Source: an uncultured archaeon
GTDB taxonomy: Archaea; Thermoplasmatota; Penumbrarchaeia; JASLWR01
Length of the DNA: 64,000 bases
Direction: 5' to 3'
Assembly (NCBI GenBank): GCA_964430885.1
Contig: CAYSHM010000001.1
Span: 1 to 64,000, forward strand
The notes beneath the pieces were generated by a model. The model was not told the origin of the DNA and did not search any database. It saw only the letters and a list, made by a program, of their open reading frames with translations. A program made the position numbers and the translations under genes. Below are positions 27,839 to 38,143 of the stretch, piece after piece (positions within the stretch are counted from its first letter, which is position 1; every line of letters begins with the position of its first letter).

Positions 27839-30799
27839 TCAGTTTATCGTACTTAGAAGTTCAAAGTCGAAATTTCCTTTTTCAATGCAGAACTTGGTAG
27901 GTCTGAGCAACACTTTGTTCCCTATGCCCAGTATAATGTTGTCGTTCCTATTTTTCTTAACTAGGTCTTTATAAAATCCCTTGTTATTTTGGAGTCTGCT
28001 TCCAGTAACTATCACCTTTGTCTCATCCTCGCTTATGTGTGTTCTCTTTGAGGAAAGGCTTTTCATTAAAATGAAACCTTCCATGCCTTCCTCTAGTGTT
28101 ACAAAGATACCCCTTGGTATGATCCCGTTGACATAACCTACATGCTTTCCGTTCATGAATTTAGTATCCATGATCGAATGGATACAATTTATAATATCTT
28201 TTATTGAGTATTCGAAGCTCTCTGCCTCCCTGGACCTTTCCGAGCATAATAAGCATATATCGTCGATTTCCTTCTCAGAGTACTGTAGGCCCAGATCCTT
28301 TTTGAAATCATTATTCAAAAGCCAGAGAACATCCTTCAGAAGCCGGTGTGCTATAAGGTCAGGATATCTTCTTATGGGCGAAGTGAAATGAAGATAACAG
28401 TCAGATCCCAATCCGAAATGACCTATGTTCTGTGAGGAATAAACAGCCAGATCTAGGCATTTCAGTATAGATATGTTCAATATCTCTTTCAGCTTGTTCT
28501 CCAAACTGCTTTTGTTGATGCTTTTCAGAACTCTGTTAAGATCCCTGATGATCCGGTCCCTTTTTTCGACCTCTATATATCCTTCTATCCTCCCTCTGAG
28601 AGCCTTTTTTATCTCTTTCATATCCCTTTCCATCACAGCATGTTTAAGATGATCAATATCCTTCAGGTTCATTTTATCCGAAACCCTCTGTTCCGGATCG
28701 GATAGCTCATTGTTCTCTTCATGTATACCAAGGCTTTTCAGAAGGGCGGGGTCCATTTTCCCTTTGACCTTGATCCTGATGTCGCCCATTCCGCCGAATC
28801 CCATATCCACTTCCATTTTCTTTTTTCTAGCCCTATCGATCACATTTTCATTGAAAAGTTCTATGTTCAATCTATTATGTCTTGCTATTGAATTGAAATT
28901 GACAAGCCTGGATATATCCGGCATCCCATGGGCCCTATAGGGAATATATCTGAAAAAAGCTGTCAGGAAAGTTGCTATCACCTCGTTGGTGGTAACCATG
29001 AAGGTCTCTATCATCTCTGTGGCGGGATTTGGTCTCTTGAACTCCCTGGTGACCTTGTTCCCCCGTGCGGAAAGCCTCAACTCGGAAGTCTCTATTTCCA
29101 GTTGATTTCTTTTGGCTCTCAATAGCCGGCTGAATTCGATCCATTCTCTGAAGGGTTGTTCATTTCTCCTGAAACCTTCCAGCACATCCTCATAGCAGAG
29201 GTTCCTTGTGACAGTTATTACGGAAGGGAAAAGGTCAAAATCCAGCATAATACCCTTTTTATCGAAGATCATTCTTGTCGTCATGGCGAATCTGTCAACC
29301 TTCTCTTTCAGAGAGCACAGGTCGTTTGACAGAACCTCGGGAAGCATGGGAAGGACAGTATCAGGAAGATAGACGCTTGTACATCTTTTTCCAGCTTCCT
29401 TATCCAGAGGATCATCTTTTATCACATAGTGTGAAACATCAGCGATATGAACAAAAAGAACTGTGTTTTCACCATCTTTCTCAATACTGATGGCATCATC
29501 AAAATCCTTTGCGTCTTTGGGATCTATTGTATAAGCGGTCATCTGCCTGAGATCCTTTCTTTCAAGTCTTCCATCCATTCTCTTATCTTCATTGCCTGCA
29601 TCTTCATGTTCACCATTTATATTTCCTGCAAAAGTGTATTCCAGATCCTGCATCGCTTTCAGTGATCTGCTGCTGTAAACCTTCGGATAATGCTTCGAAA
29701 AGGTGAATTGCCCTGTTTTTATCATTCTAGCGATATAAATGTTCCTTGATTTCTCCAGGGTCCAGTATCCCACCGCCAGTAGGAATAGGGTGAATACGGT
29801 AGTATGAGTACCTTTTTCAATACCGGTGATTGATTCGGCCAATCGGATTAAATAGGTCCTGATGTCAAAATTCTCAGTTTTGGTTATACGGATATCTGGA
29901 TCATTTGAAAGGCTCAATCCTCTTCCCCACCTGTCGTTAAGAATGAAATCCTCCATAAAAGAGCACATCTTCAGCATGAGCATTGTTCTCTCCTCATCTG
30001 AAAATATTCTTCGTATCAAATGCTTGTTATCCTTCCCTTTTTTCTCTCCATTAAGGGATTGGCATTCGCCATCCTCAAGTCCGGTAAGCATGGATTCTAT
30101 GATCAGGCTTGTATTCATTCTATTTGGGTCTTTGTTCGGATGGTTTTCCCTGCATTTGGAAAATTTATAATCTTCGAGTATTTTCGAAATATCCAGAAGC
30201 GTTCGAATCGTTCTTTTCAAGGTAATAAAATCTTTTTCAGAAAGCACCCTGTAAATGCCCTTTTTTCCTATTTTATTGAAAAAGGCATATCCCTCCTCTA
30301 TGCTATCATCTATGACATTTCTGACCTTTTCGATCTTGGCAGATGAACAGCCTTTTTTCCCGAAATTTAATTCCGCGATCTCCCTAAGGGTCATTTTCTT
30401 GCTTTTGTCCCTAACCTCCAGCCAAATAGAACTGACCGAGATATCTCTTGAGATGATATTACCGGAATCTATCTTATGAATTTTATTTCTGCCCGGTCCT
30501 GATCTTGAATCTTTCCTCTTTCCGTCGGCCCTATCTTTTCCTTTTGTATTCCCTCTTCCGATTATATCAAGCAGTTTTTCCTTCATTTTCAAGGAATCGC
30601 CTAGGACATTATCTTCCATAACATAATTTTTCCCCAGTCTACGGGTTATATCGCTTTTCTTCACGTATTTCTTTCCTTGAATGGTGAATATGACCTCTTT
30701 CTTCTTTTTTTTTGATCTACCTAGGAATACAGCCAAGTTATAGGGTATTTTCAAACCGGATGTTCCGTCTTTAAGCTCCACGATCTGTCCGTTCTTCAT
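27839..30799 (-). CDS. RNB-domain 3'-5' exoribonuclease (RNase R/II family), atypical N-terminus
   Basis: TIDPKDAKDFDDAIS, VHIADVSHYV, SVYLP..VLPMLP, MIETFMV, GHFGLG..YLHFTSPIRRYPDLIAHRLLK, C-terminal S1-like region. Confidence 0.92.
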   Translation of the reverse strand: MKNGQIVELKDGTSGLKIPYNLAVFLGRSKKKKKEVIFTIQGKKYVKKSDITRRLGKNYVMEDNVLGDSLKMKEKLLDIIGRGNTKGKDRADGKRKDSRSGPGRNKIHKIDSGNIISRDISVSSIWLEVRDKSKKMTLREIAELNFGKKGCSSAKIEKVRNVIDDSIEEGYAFFNKIGKKGIYRVLSEKDFITLKRTIRTLLDISKILEDYKFSKCRENHPNKDPNRMNTSLIIESMLTGLEDGECQSLNGEKKGKDNKHLIRRIFSDEERTMLMLKMCSFMEDFILNDRWGRGLSLSNDPDIRITKTENFDIRTYLIRLAESITGIEKGTHTTVFTLFLLAVGYWTLEKSRNIYIARMIKTGQFTFSKHYPKVYSSRSLKAMQDLEYTFAGNINGEHEDAGNEDKRMDGRLERKDLRQMTAYTIDPKDAKDFDDAISIEKDGENTVLFVHIADVSHYVIKDDPLDKEAGKRCTSVYLPDTVLPMLPEVLSNDLCSLKEKVDRFAMTTRMIFDKKGIMLDFDLFPSVITVTRNLCYEDVLEGFRRNEQPFREWIEFSRLLRAKRNQLEIETSELRLSARGNKVTREFKRPNPATEMIETFMVTTNEVIATFLTAFFRYIPYRAHGMPDISRLVNFNSIARHNRLNIELFNENVIDRARKKKMEVDMGFGGMGDIRIKVKGKMDPALLKSLGIHEENNELSDPEQRVSDKMNLKDIDHLKHAVMERDMKEIKKALRGRIEGYIEVEKRDRIIRDLNRVLKSINKSSLENKLKEILNISILKCLDLAVYSSQNIGHFGLGSDCYLHFTSPIRRYPDLIAHRLLKDVLWLLNNDFKKDLGLQYSEKEIDDICLLCSERSREAESFEYSIKDIINCIHSIMDTKFMNGKHVGYVNGIIPRGIFVTLEEGMEGFILMKSLSSKRTHISEDETKVIVTGSRLQNNKGFYKDLVKKNRNDNIILGIGNKVLLRPTKFCIEKGNFDFELLSTIN

Positions 30800-30896
30800 T
30801 GGATTGCCTGTTTAGTGAGTTTATATTTATAATGGTCAGGTTAAAAGAGCTTCAATCGTCACAAAAGATTTAACATTTAGGTGTATTATTGTCACA

Positions 30897-31910
30897 ATGA
30901 TGAGGCAGCATAAAAAGGTGACTTCAAGGAATACTTATCTGATAAAGAGGTTCATCGATGCCAAAAAGTTCTATCAGAACGCCCAGACCAATTACATGGG
31001 AAATATGATATGCGACGACCTTGGGGCCCTTGAGAATATGTATCAGTGTGTCAGGGGATTGCTGTCAGTGATTATGGAAAGTATGAACATTTCATTCAAA
31101 GATTATTTCGAATACCTAAAAGATGAAGTGGATGCGAAAGTAATTATAGCTTTGAAAAAGAGTGTAGATGATAAGAAGATCATAGATATTGATAGTATCA
31201 ATTTTTTTGGTATATCACGTTCAAAGGCTCTTATTATTCTTCTGGATACCCTTAATAATAAGCTTGAAAAGGAATATGATATTTCTTTAACAGGCTATAA
31301 TCAGATCCTTCTTCTTTTCGAGAGACGCTATTCAGTAAGGTATGCCAATTCAATGGTCCATAAGGATGATGTTTTCAAGATAAAGGAACAGATACTGGTT
31401 CTTCTAAAAGAGATTTCTGATATGGTATTTGGTATTTCCTATAAGGAAATGGAGTATCATCATGTCATATCGGACGATCAGCTTAAGGAGACTTTGGGAG
31501 AGTGCAACAAGCTCATTCTTGAGGAAGATTACAAGGAAGCTATCAAGAGATCCTCTCTAGCATTTTCCATATCACTGGAGAGCCAGCGTCATCGTCTGAA
31601 TTATCTTATGGAGAATGAAGAACTTAACACTTCACTGTTTTCGTTGGACTCGGAAAGGACACTCTATTATAAATTGCAGGATTATTCCTTCATCCTTCTG
31701 GCCCTTCAGGTAAATTTGAAGAAGTACCGATTGTTCATTAAGATAGTACCCACTACCATGATAGATGATAATAGTGAAGAGGGTGTTTCTATTACAATTT
31801 CCGATTTTGTCCACAGTAGATGGATAGGATTGAAATGGGCCAGGTTCTGCTATAATTTTGTAGTTGAGACAATACTTCAATGGGAGTCTATGGACCTCAA
31901 ATATCTTTAG
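30897..31910 (+). CDS. Hypothetical helical protein, possibly degenerate HEPN-like
   Basis: 337-aa ORF filling the gap; all-alpha character; HEPN resemblance is by recall only. Confidence 0.65.
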   Translation: MMRQHKKVTSRNTYLIKRFIDAKKFYQNAQTNYMGNMICDDLGALENMYQCVRGLLSVIMESMNISFKDYFEYLKDEVDAKVIIALKKSVDDKKIIDIDSINFFGISRSKALIILLDTLNNKLEKEYDISLTGYNQILLLFERRYSVRYANSMVHKDDVFKIKEQILVLLKEISDMVFGISYKEMEYHHVISDDQLKETLGECNKLILEEDYKEAIKRSSLAFSISLESQRHRLNYLMENEELNTSLFSLDSERTLYYKLQDYSFILLALQVNLKKYRLFIKIVPTTMIDDNSEEGVSITISDFVHSRWIGLKWARFCYNFVVETILQWESMDLKYL

Positions 31911-31921
31911 GACCCCCCTTA

Positions 31922-34900
31922 TCATTCGGACGTATTATCCAATTTAGTTTCTTCAGTATCTTGTCCGTCATCAATTTTCCTATTATCAGGCGGATTGTCT
32001 TCCTTTTTCTCTTCAATCTCTGAATCGATTTCTTCCTGGTCATTATCTGATTCAGGCTGAATTATTTCCATTAAACCTTTCAGGTCGACTACTGTGCTTT
32101 TTCTTCTGAAGAATATTAAATAGGCCGCAAATGAAAAGACAGCTGTAAAGAACAGCATCATAACTATTCTACCTCCGGTCCTTTGAAATAATCCGTCTCT
32201 CGCTGCAACTGTAATATTCATAATAATAACATCTTCATCCCCGTCATCATCTATTACTGTTAATTTTACCAGATAAGTGGAAGTTTCATTATAGACATGT
32301 TTGATTTTCTCTCCATACTTTATATTTCCATCTCCCAGATCCCATTTCCATTCCACGATTTTTCCATCCATATCGTAACTCTCGTTTCCGTTCAGCTCGA
32401 AACTTTCCCCTTTTTTTACCCTTAATCCCTTCAAATTTTCATTTGTATTCAGGAGAATGGAGGCTTTGGGAGCTCTGTTGAATATCCTTATATGTATATT
32501 GGAAAAAGAAATACCTCCGTCGTTATCGGTGACAGTGCAGGATACATTGTAGATACCGTCATCCTGAAATTTATGGGTAGTATTTCTTCGGGATAGGTTT
32601 TTTCCATCGCCGAAATCCCAGGAATAATTGATGATTTCACCGTCTATATCTGCGGCCTGGCTAAAGAAACTTACATCCTTAAAACTGAGTAGCTCATTGA
32701 GGCTGGAGCTGATGGTTAATTGAGGTTCAATATTCACAATATTGATACTGAGAGGTTTGCTGATGTAGATCCCACCGTCGTTATCCGTGACAATAAGCTT
32801 GACCTTGAAAAGACCTATCGTTGAATAGAGATAAGAGATATCATTCAATCCGTAGATAATAGTCCCATCCCCCATGCTCCAAGTAATGTTGGCAATAGTT
32901 CCGTCAGGATCGCTTATATTGGATGTGAATGTAAAAAACGTTGTTCTGTTCCCATTGAGCCCAGGCAGTACATGAAAATCAGCGTAGGGCATTGTATTAT
33001 TGATATTCACATACTTTTCGGAATATGATATATCTCCGTCATCATCCTTGACAATTAGGGTTACCCTGTAACTTCCCAGATCTTTATATCCATGTGTTAT
33101 CCCTCGGCCATACCTTGTTTCCCCGTCTCCCATATCCCAGGTCCAGTTGATTATAGCTCCGTCAATATCGGAAGACACTGAACCGTTGAAATATATATCT
33201 CGTCTATTCGATCCTTTTCCAGTATTCTCAAAAGTAAAATCTGCAGTAGGTTTCCTGTTCAGAACGTTTGCCCTATAGGATAGGCTGAAATCACTTTCAG
33301 CTCCTCTGTCGTCCATTACCTTGACCCTAATATCATAGCTCCCATTGTCAATATATTTATGTTGGATAACGGAACTATTTAACCATGATGTGTTTGATCC
33401 GTCGCCTAGGTCGAAGAAGTACTCTGTAATATTTCCATCAAGATCAAAGGAGCCTGAGGCGTTGAAGGTAAAATTGACGTAGGTTAACGGTGTGCTCACA
33501 TCGCCGTTTATCCTGGGTATCGGAATTGCATTTATTTCTATTGACTCTATCAATGAATTATCTAGCTCGCGGTACTCGTCTATAAGGTTATCTGGGTCGG
33601 TGATGATCATGATTTTCTTGGCTCCCCAATCCTGAAATGATACCGGGGTATTCAGTATGATTTCGGTATCCGGAAACATGGGACCAATGGTCCAATTTTT
33701 GACAATCGCTCCATCGAGATAGAGACTTACGTTAAGATCATCAACACTCTCCAAACCATTATTGATTACTGTCACGTTTAGACTGAAAAATTCATTCTGT
33801 GCCGGGATTTCCTTGGATATTTCAATTTCCCGCACGGCAGGATTTGGCCCGTGACCAAATGGGGTATTTCCATCAATATTTTGAACAATCGATGAATTTA
33901 TGGGAAGAGGTCGATTCCAGAAATGAGCAGGTGTGAACAGTTTCAGTTTTGGGTCGCCGTAATAAATTGCATTCTCAAGCATATCCCACCACCATCCATC
34001 GGTGGAATACATTATTCCAACCAGTTCCATGCCGGTCTTGAATGCCTCGCCCATGGTTCGGTTCTGGGCTATTTCCCTCATCATTATCTGGTAGCCGTAA
34101 GTAGCATACCAGGCTGATGTCCAAGGGTTGATTACCTGGAAGGCTGTTCCATGGCGGATAAGTGACAGATGGAAGAAGGTATTACCCGGAAGACAGGCTC
34201 CGGTTATGAAACCGCATGAGTGCAGATTTTCAGTGTAATTGTCCAGCAGTGTTCCTTTCACGCTTGCAGTATGTTTTTGCTCCGCCACAGCAATAATTAT
34301 ACCATCCCTGTCGTCACTACCAGTGGAAATGTGCGTTTCTTCACCGGTATCCCTTCTCATTGCCACTGAATCCGGTTCGTCAGTGGAGCCGGCTGTCTCA
34401 TATCCCCTCCAAGGATTTGGTTCCTCTTCGTAATCTCCCTTCCATAATGCAATTGATCCTGTACCTCTGGCACTGCCGTGTCCGTTAACTGACCAGAGAA
34501 ATACTCCGCTGTTGACATTTTCCATACAGGGAAAGAAATAGGTACTGTAAACGGAATCGAATCCGCATTTATTCGTGTAGAAAGGCATTATCTCTGAGAG
34601 CCCAAGATCCGGCCAGTAGTCGCCCGGCATGCCATATTTGGCATTAACATCCCTATCTATTTCGTTTCCTGAAGGTGTCCAATAGGGTATCATTCCATTT
34701 GTGCAGCTATAGTTTGCACCCCAGTATCGGCTCCCCCTCTGGTTGAACCTATGTCTGTATGATACATATGAGTGCTGGACCGGATAATAGTATCTGTTCT
34801 CTCCTCCCTGATCGTAGATATCCAGAAAACCCAGATAATCCCTTTTGGATTGAGTACCGTTAGTAAGATTGACTCCAAGGGGATCCATAGCGGGATTTTC

Positions 34901-37033
34901 AAAAACCAATGCTGGATAGAACAGATTTCTTGAAATTGAACATGCGGAATCAATGGGAGAACCTGTGAACCTCCCGGTCATGGCCTTTCCTAGAAGGGCC
35001 CTGTCCCATGCAGGTCCTATATCGTACTGATCGGCAACGGTGATGATGTATTCGCTTCCCTCTGCTTCCAGATCAAGCTGTTCCAATCCCTCATAGATAT
35101 TTCTGCTGCTGATCACCATATCTCCAACTGACGGGTCTATGCGGTCTTTCCATTCCTGCTGCCAGTATACGTTATGCCAGGCTTTGGATGTGGACAGAAA
35201 GGAATGTCTTTCAGTAATTAGGAGAGGTGAACCGTGATGAGCCGCCGTGTAGGCTGCAGGTCCGATGAAATGACCCGCGGATGTTTCCTCCGAAGGAGTT
35301 TTGTCTATCTCCCACTTTGTCCATGGATCCAGACTGCTGATAACTAGATCTGTGCAGGATGAGATATCTCTAATAGCTTCCATCGCATCCTTCTCATGAT
35401 CTATTATCTGAACCTGTTTTATTCCATGATCATTTATCAGTTCTTCATCAATATCAAATCGGGAGTGTGAACCAATGTCCAAAACGGTTATATTATCAAC
35501 CTGAAGTTCATAAATGCACTGGGTTATCATTCCAGGGAGTTCATCTCTGGACATGTACAATAATGGAGAGTTAGAAAGGCTGGCCAATATAGAACCCTGA
35601 ACCGCATTAGATATGTTATCAGTCCATTCAAATTCCCTTTTCTGGCTCCATGAATAGGTAATTGTGAAATCTGTATCGTTCAGGTTATCATCAAGCTTCA
35701 GAACGGTCACATTATAGCTGCCAGCACCTAGTTCTTTGGGATGCAGGAGTGCAGGGCTGCTCCCATCCAGGGAGCTCATGAGACACTCTCCGTCAGGTCC
35801 CAGGAGGACCAATCCTAGTTTTCCTTCATCATTTTCCCCTCCGGAATTGTTCCATGATAGGTTTATTTCGATATCTCGGCACCAGAATGGAGCCTCAGGA
35901 AAGGTGAATTCCATACCTGGATATTGAGTGATATTGATAGTGTAATCAACAGGGCCTGCCCCTCTTGTGCTGCTTCTTACATCCATATTGGAAGCAAAAT
36001 TATCAGATTCGGTAGGCATATATGTTACAGCGGCGCTCCATTTACCATGGTTCCTGATCACGCTTTGGGCCAGCTCAAATGCACCATCAACACAATTCCA
36101 TTCCTCGGATGCTGCCGTCTGTCCAAACTGCATATCATATAACTGAAGATCCGGGTCCTTACCAGTCATATTATCCCAGGTCATATGCGCGGATAAGAAT
36201 TCATAGGGTTCGTTCACACTGAAATTGTTGAATTGGGGAGGTACCGGCCCTACGGATATACTGCCGTGAAGGGAGGTTAGGTTAATTTTCATATAACCGG
36301 GGAATGTTCCCTGAATATGGTTCTCAACTGTTAAATCAACATCAGATATTTCTTCACTAGTCACAGCCAGAAATGCATGTTCAGAATCGAACCAATTTTC
36401 CAGGCTGAGTTCAGCGGAGAGATTGTAGATAGAATCATATGAATATGAATCCGTTCCAGTTCCATTTCTATCCGGTTTCCAGCTGTCAGTTATGAATTCT
36501 TCCTGATCAGAAGTCATACCGATGAAATTGAAATTATCTATTCCGCCGTCCAAGAAACTGGACCAGTCATCCATCAGATAATCTATGCTCTCATAGGAAT
36601 TCTCCATTCGGTAAGCCGATGGGTCCTGATAGAACAGGAGTGGGTTTGAATATATCAAATTATCCCTATCTGAATAGAAAACGTTTGATGGGATTGCCGC
36701 GAGGTAGGCAAGATCGTCAATTATGGAATTTTCATCATATGCTACAAAACTTATTCGGTCCAGGGGCACCACGTCTCTGAATGAGCATCCTTCAAATCCC
36801 GTTCTCTCCAGTTCGGCTTTTATCACTGGCGATTCCAAAGCAGTATCATCCTCGTTCCTATCATTTTCATTTCCAGAAAGGCAGCCTTCCATGGAAGGGT
36901 CGAATGAAGAAATAAATGATCCAGATAAAAGAGTAAGCAGTCCCTGGGAGATAAAAAGGATTCCTATGAGAAGGAAGAGTATTTTTTTGCAGAATATAAT
37001 ATCGTCTTTGTTCTTCTCCATCCTCAGGACCAT
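31922..37033 (-). CDS. Large surface protein with a peptidase C25 (gingipain-like) domain, CARDB, ~6 PKD repeats and C-terminal TM
   Basis: Signal peptide; WSVNGHGS (His), FITGACLPG (Cys), YYGDPKLKL; VTVINNG..DPDNLIDEYRELDN (CARDB); repeated WDxGDG..LTVxDDDG. Confidence 0.85.
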   Translation of the reverse strand: MVLRMEKNKDDIIFCKKILFLLIGILFISQGLLTLLSGSFISSFDPSMEGCLSGNENDRNEDDTALESPVIKAELERTGFEGCSFRDVVPLDRISFVAYDENSIIDDLAYLAAIPSNVFYSDRDNLIYSNPLLFYQDPSAYRMENSYESIDYLMDDWSSFLDGGIDNFNFIGMTSDQEEFITDSWKPDRNGTGTDSYSYDSIYNLSAELSLENWFDSEHAFLAVTSEEISDVDLTVENHIQGTFPGYMKINLTSLHGSISVGPVPPQFNNFSVNEPYEFLSAHMTWDNMTGKDPDLQLYDMQFGQTAASEEWNCVDGAFELAQSVIRNHGKWSAAVTYMPTESDNFASNMDVRSSTRGAGPVDYTINITQYPGMEFTFPEAPFWCRDIEINLSWNNSGGENDEGKLGLVLLGPDGECLMSSLDGSSPALLHPKELGAGSYNVTVLKLDDNLNDTDFTITYSWSQKREFEWTDNISNAVQGSILASLSNSPLLYMSRDELPGMITQCIYELQVDNITVLDIGSHSRFDIDEELINDHGIKQVQIIDHEKDAMEAIRDISSCTDLVISSLDPWTKWEIDKTPSEETSAGHFIGPAAYTAAHHGSPLLITERHSFLSTSKAWHNVYWQQEWKDRIDPSVGDMVISSRNIYEGLEQLDLEAEGSEYIITVADQYDIGPAWDRALLGKAMTGRFTGSPIDSACSISRNLFYPALVFENPAMDPLGVNLTNGTQSKRDYLGFLDIYDQGGENRYYYPVQHSYVSYRHRFNQRGSRYWGANYSCTNGMIPYWTPSGNEIDRDVNAKYGMPGDYWPDLGLSEIMPFYTNKCGFDSVYSTYFFPCMENVNSGVFLWSVNGHGSARGTGSIALWKGDYEEEPNPWRGYETAGSTDEPDSVAMRRDTGEETHISTGSDDRDGIIIAVAEQKHTASVKGTLLDNYTENLHSCGFITGACLPGNTFFHLSLIRHGTAFQVINPWTSAWYATYGYQIMMREIAQNRTMGEAFKTGMELVGIMYSTDGWWWDMLENAIYYGDPKLKLFTPAHFWNRPLPINSSIVQNIDGNTPFGHGPNPAVREIEISKEIPAQNEFFSLNVTVINNGLESVDDLNVSLYLDGAIVKNWTIGPMFPDTEIILNTPVSFQDWGAKKIMIITDPDNLIDEYRELDNSLIESIEINAIPIPRINGDVSTPLTYVNFTFNASGSFDLDGNITEYFFDLGDGSNTSWLNSSVIQHKYIDNGSYDIRVKVMDDRGAESDFSLSYRANVLNRKPTADFTFENTGKGSNRRDIYFNGSVSSDIDGAIINWTWDMGDGETRYGRGITHGYKDLGSYRVTLIVKDDDGDISYSEKYVNINNTMPYADFHVLPGLNGNRTTFFTFTSNISDPDGTIANITWSMGDGTIIYGLNDISYLYSTIGLFKVKLIVTDNDGGIYISKPLSINIVNIEPQLTISSSLNELLSFKDVSFFSQAADIDGEIINYSWDFGDGKNLSRRNTTHKFQDDGIYNVSCTVTDNDGGISFSNIHIRIFNRAPKASILLNTNENLKGLRVKKGESFELNGNESYDMDGKIVEWKWDLGDGNIKYGEKIKHVYNETSTYLVKLTVIDDDGDEDVIIMNITVAARDGLFQRTGGRIVMMLFFTAVFSFAAYLIFFRRKSTVVDLKGLMEIIQPESDNDQEEIDSEIEEKKEDNPPDNRKIDDGQDTEETKLDNTSE

Positions 37034-37152
37034 GATTTTTCATAGTTTTTAAAATATTAATATGATACCGAGTATTTGGAAATTAATTGGAAAGTGTTGG
37101 TAATTGAGGGTATATTTACCCTAAAGGGATATTTCATGATTCTGTTATAGTA

Positions 37153-38043
37153 TCATTCCGGTAGTATAAGTTTTGCCGCATTAATATGGGCAGGAACACC
37201 TAGCGCTTCGGCTACAGGCTGACATTTAGTGCGCATAAGGAAAGCAGTAGGCTTAACAATTCTCTCTGAAAGCGCCTCGAAATTGGCCATGCCCTTGGCG
37301 ATAATAATATCGCAGTTAATGATCTCATTTTCGAGTTCCAAGGGTATATTGTCAAGATCAATGCCCACGGCAAAGCCCCCGGTTGTGAGAACTTTCCAGA
37401 CTATCTTATCCAATTCCAATTCTTCCGCATCTTTAAGAGTTGCATCGGTCAGTACGGGTTCACCTTTAACTACCAGCACCACACGGCATCCCCTAGAGGC
37501 TAGTTCTTCCAGAAGCAAAGTATCCAGCACGATCTCCCCGCAGTTATCCGTGAGATAGATCATCCTGCTTTCAGGACGTATATATTTTCGAATTTTCGGC
37601 AGGTCATCGCATCCTAATCCTTCTTCCAGAAGTGATTTGAAATTGGTTTTCAGGGCTTCGGGATCCTTCCATTTTGTATTTATACCAAAGTCCATTATAT
37701 TTCCGATAATAGAAATCAGCACTGCAGCTTGGAACCTTTCGTCGGTCCGCTGAAATCTTTCCAGGTAATTTCTGGCCCTTGGAAGAATATTGAGTGCCAC
37801 CCTGTTGCTTTGCTCCTTGATCTCAGCATAAGGATCGAATCCCAACATTTCATGGCACTTCTTGTGGATCTCCGTTGCTAGTACAGCTGAGCATATGTCC
37901 GAAGAGTAATTTTGAGAAATTATATTAAGACATTCTTTTATGATAGGTGGTCCGTAGTCCTTATCCCTAAGTTCTGACTGATACCTTATCCGCTCAAGAA
38001 GACATGGAACGCATTTGGTTGTTATTTTCAATTTGCCTTTCAC
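37153..38043 (-). CDS. ARMT1/DUF89 damage-control phosphatase
   Basis: CVPCL, DPY..IK..SN, GNIMDFG, YLTDNCGEIVLD, DAT, IAKGMANFEAL, KC. Confidence 0.92.
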   Translation of the reverse strand: MKGKLKITTKCVPCLLERIRYQSELRDKDYGPPIIKECLNIISQNYSSDICSAVLATEIHKKCHEMLGFDPYAEIKEQSNRVALNILPRARNYLERFQRTDERFQAAVLISIIGNIMDFGINTKWKDPEALKTNFKSLLEEGLGCDDLPKIRKYIRPESRMIYLTDNCGEIVLDTLLLEELASRGCRVVLVVKGEPVLTDATLKDAEELELDKIVWKVLTTGGFAVGIDLDNIPLELENEIINCDIIIAKGMANFEALSERIVKPTAFLMRTKCQPVAEALGVPAHINAAKLILPE

Positions 38044-38143
38044 CCTTCAATGTTATTTTTAATCGTTAATGAATACCTTCGTAAGAAAACTATCATTATT
38101 CCAACTGCATTTTGCGGCTCATAAAAACTAGTAGGACTTGTGT

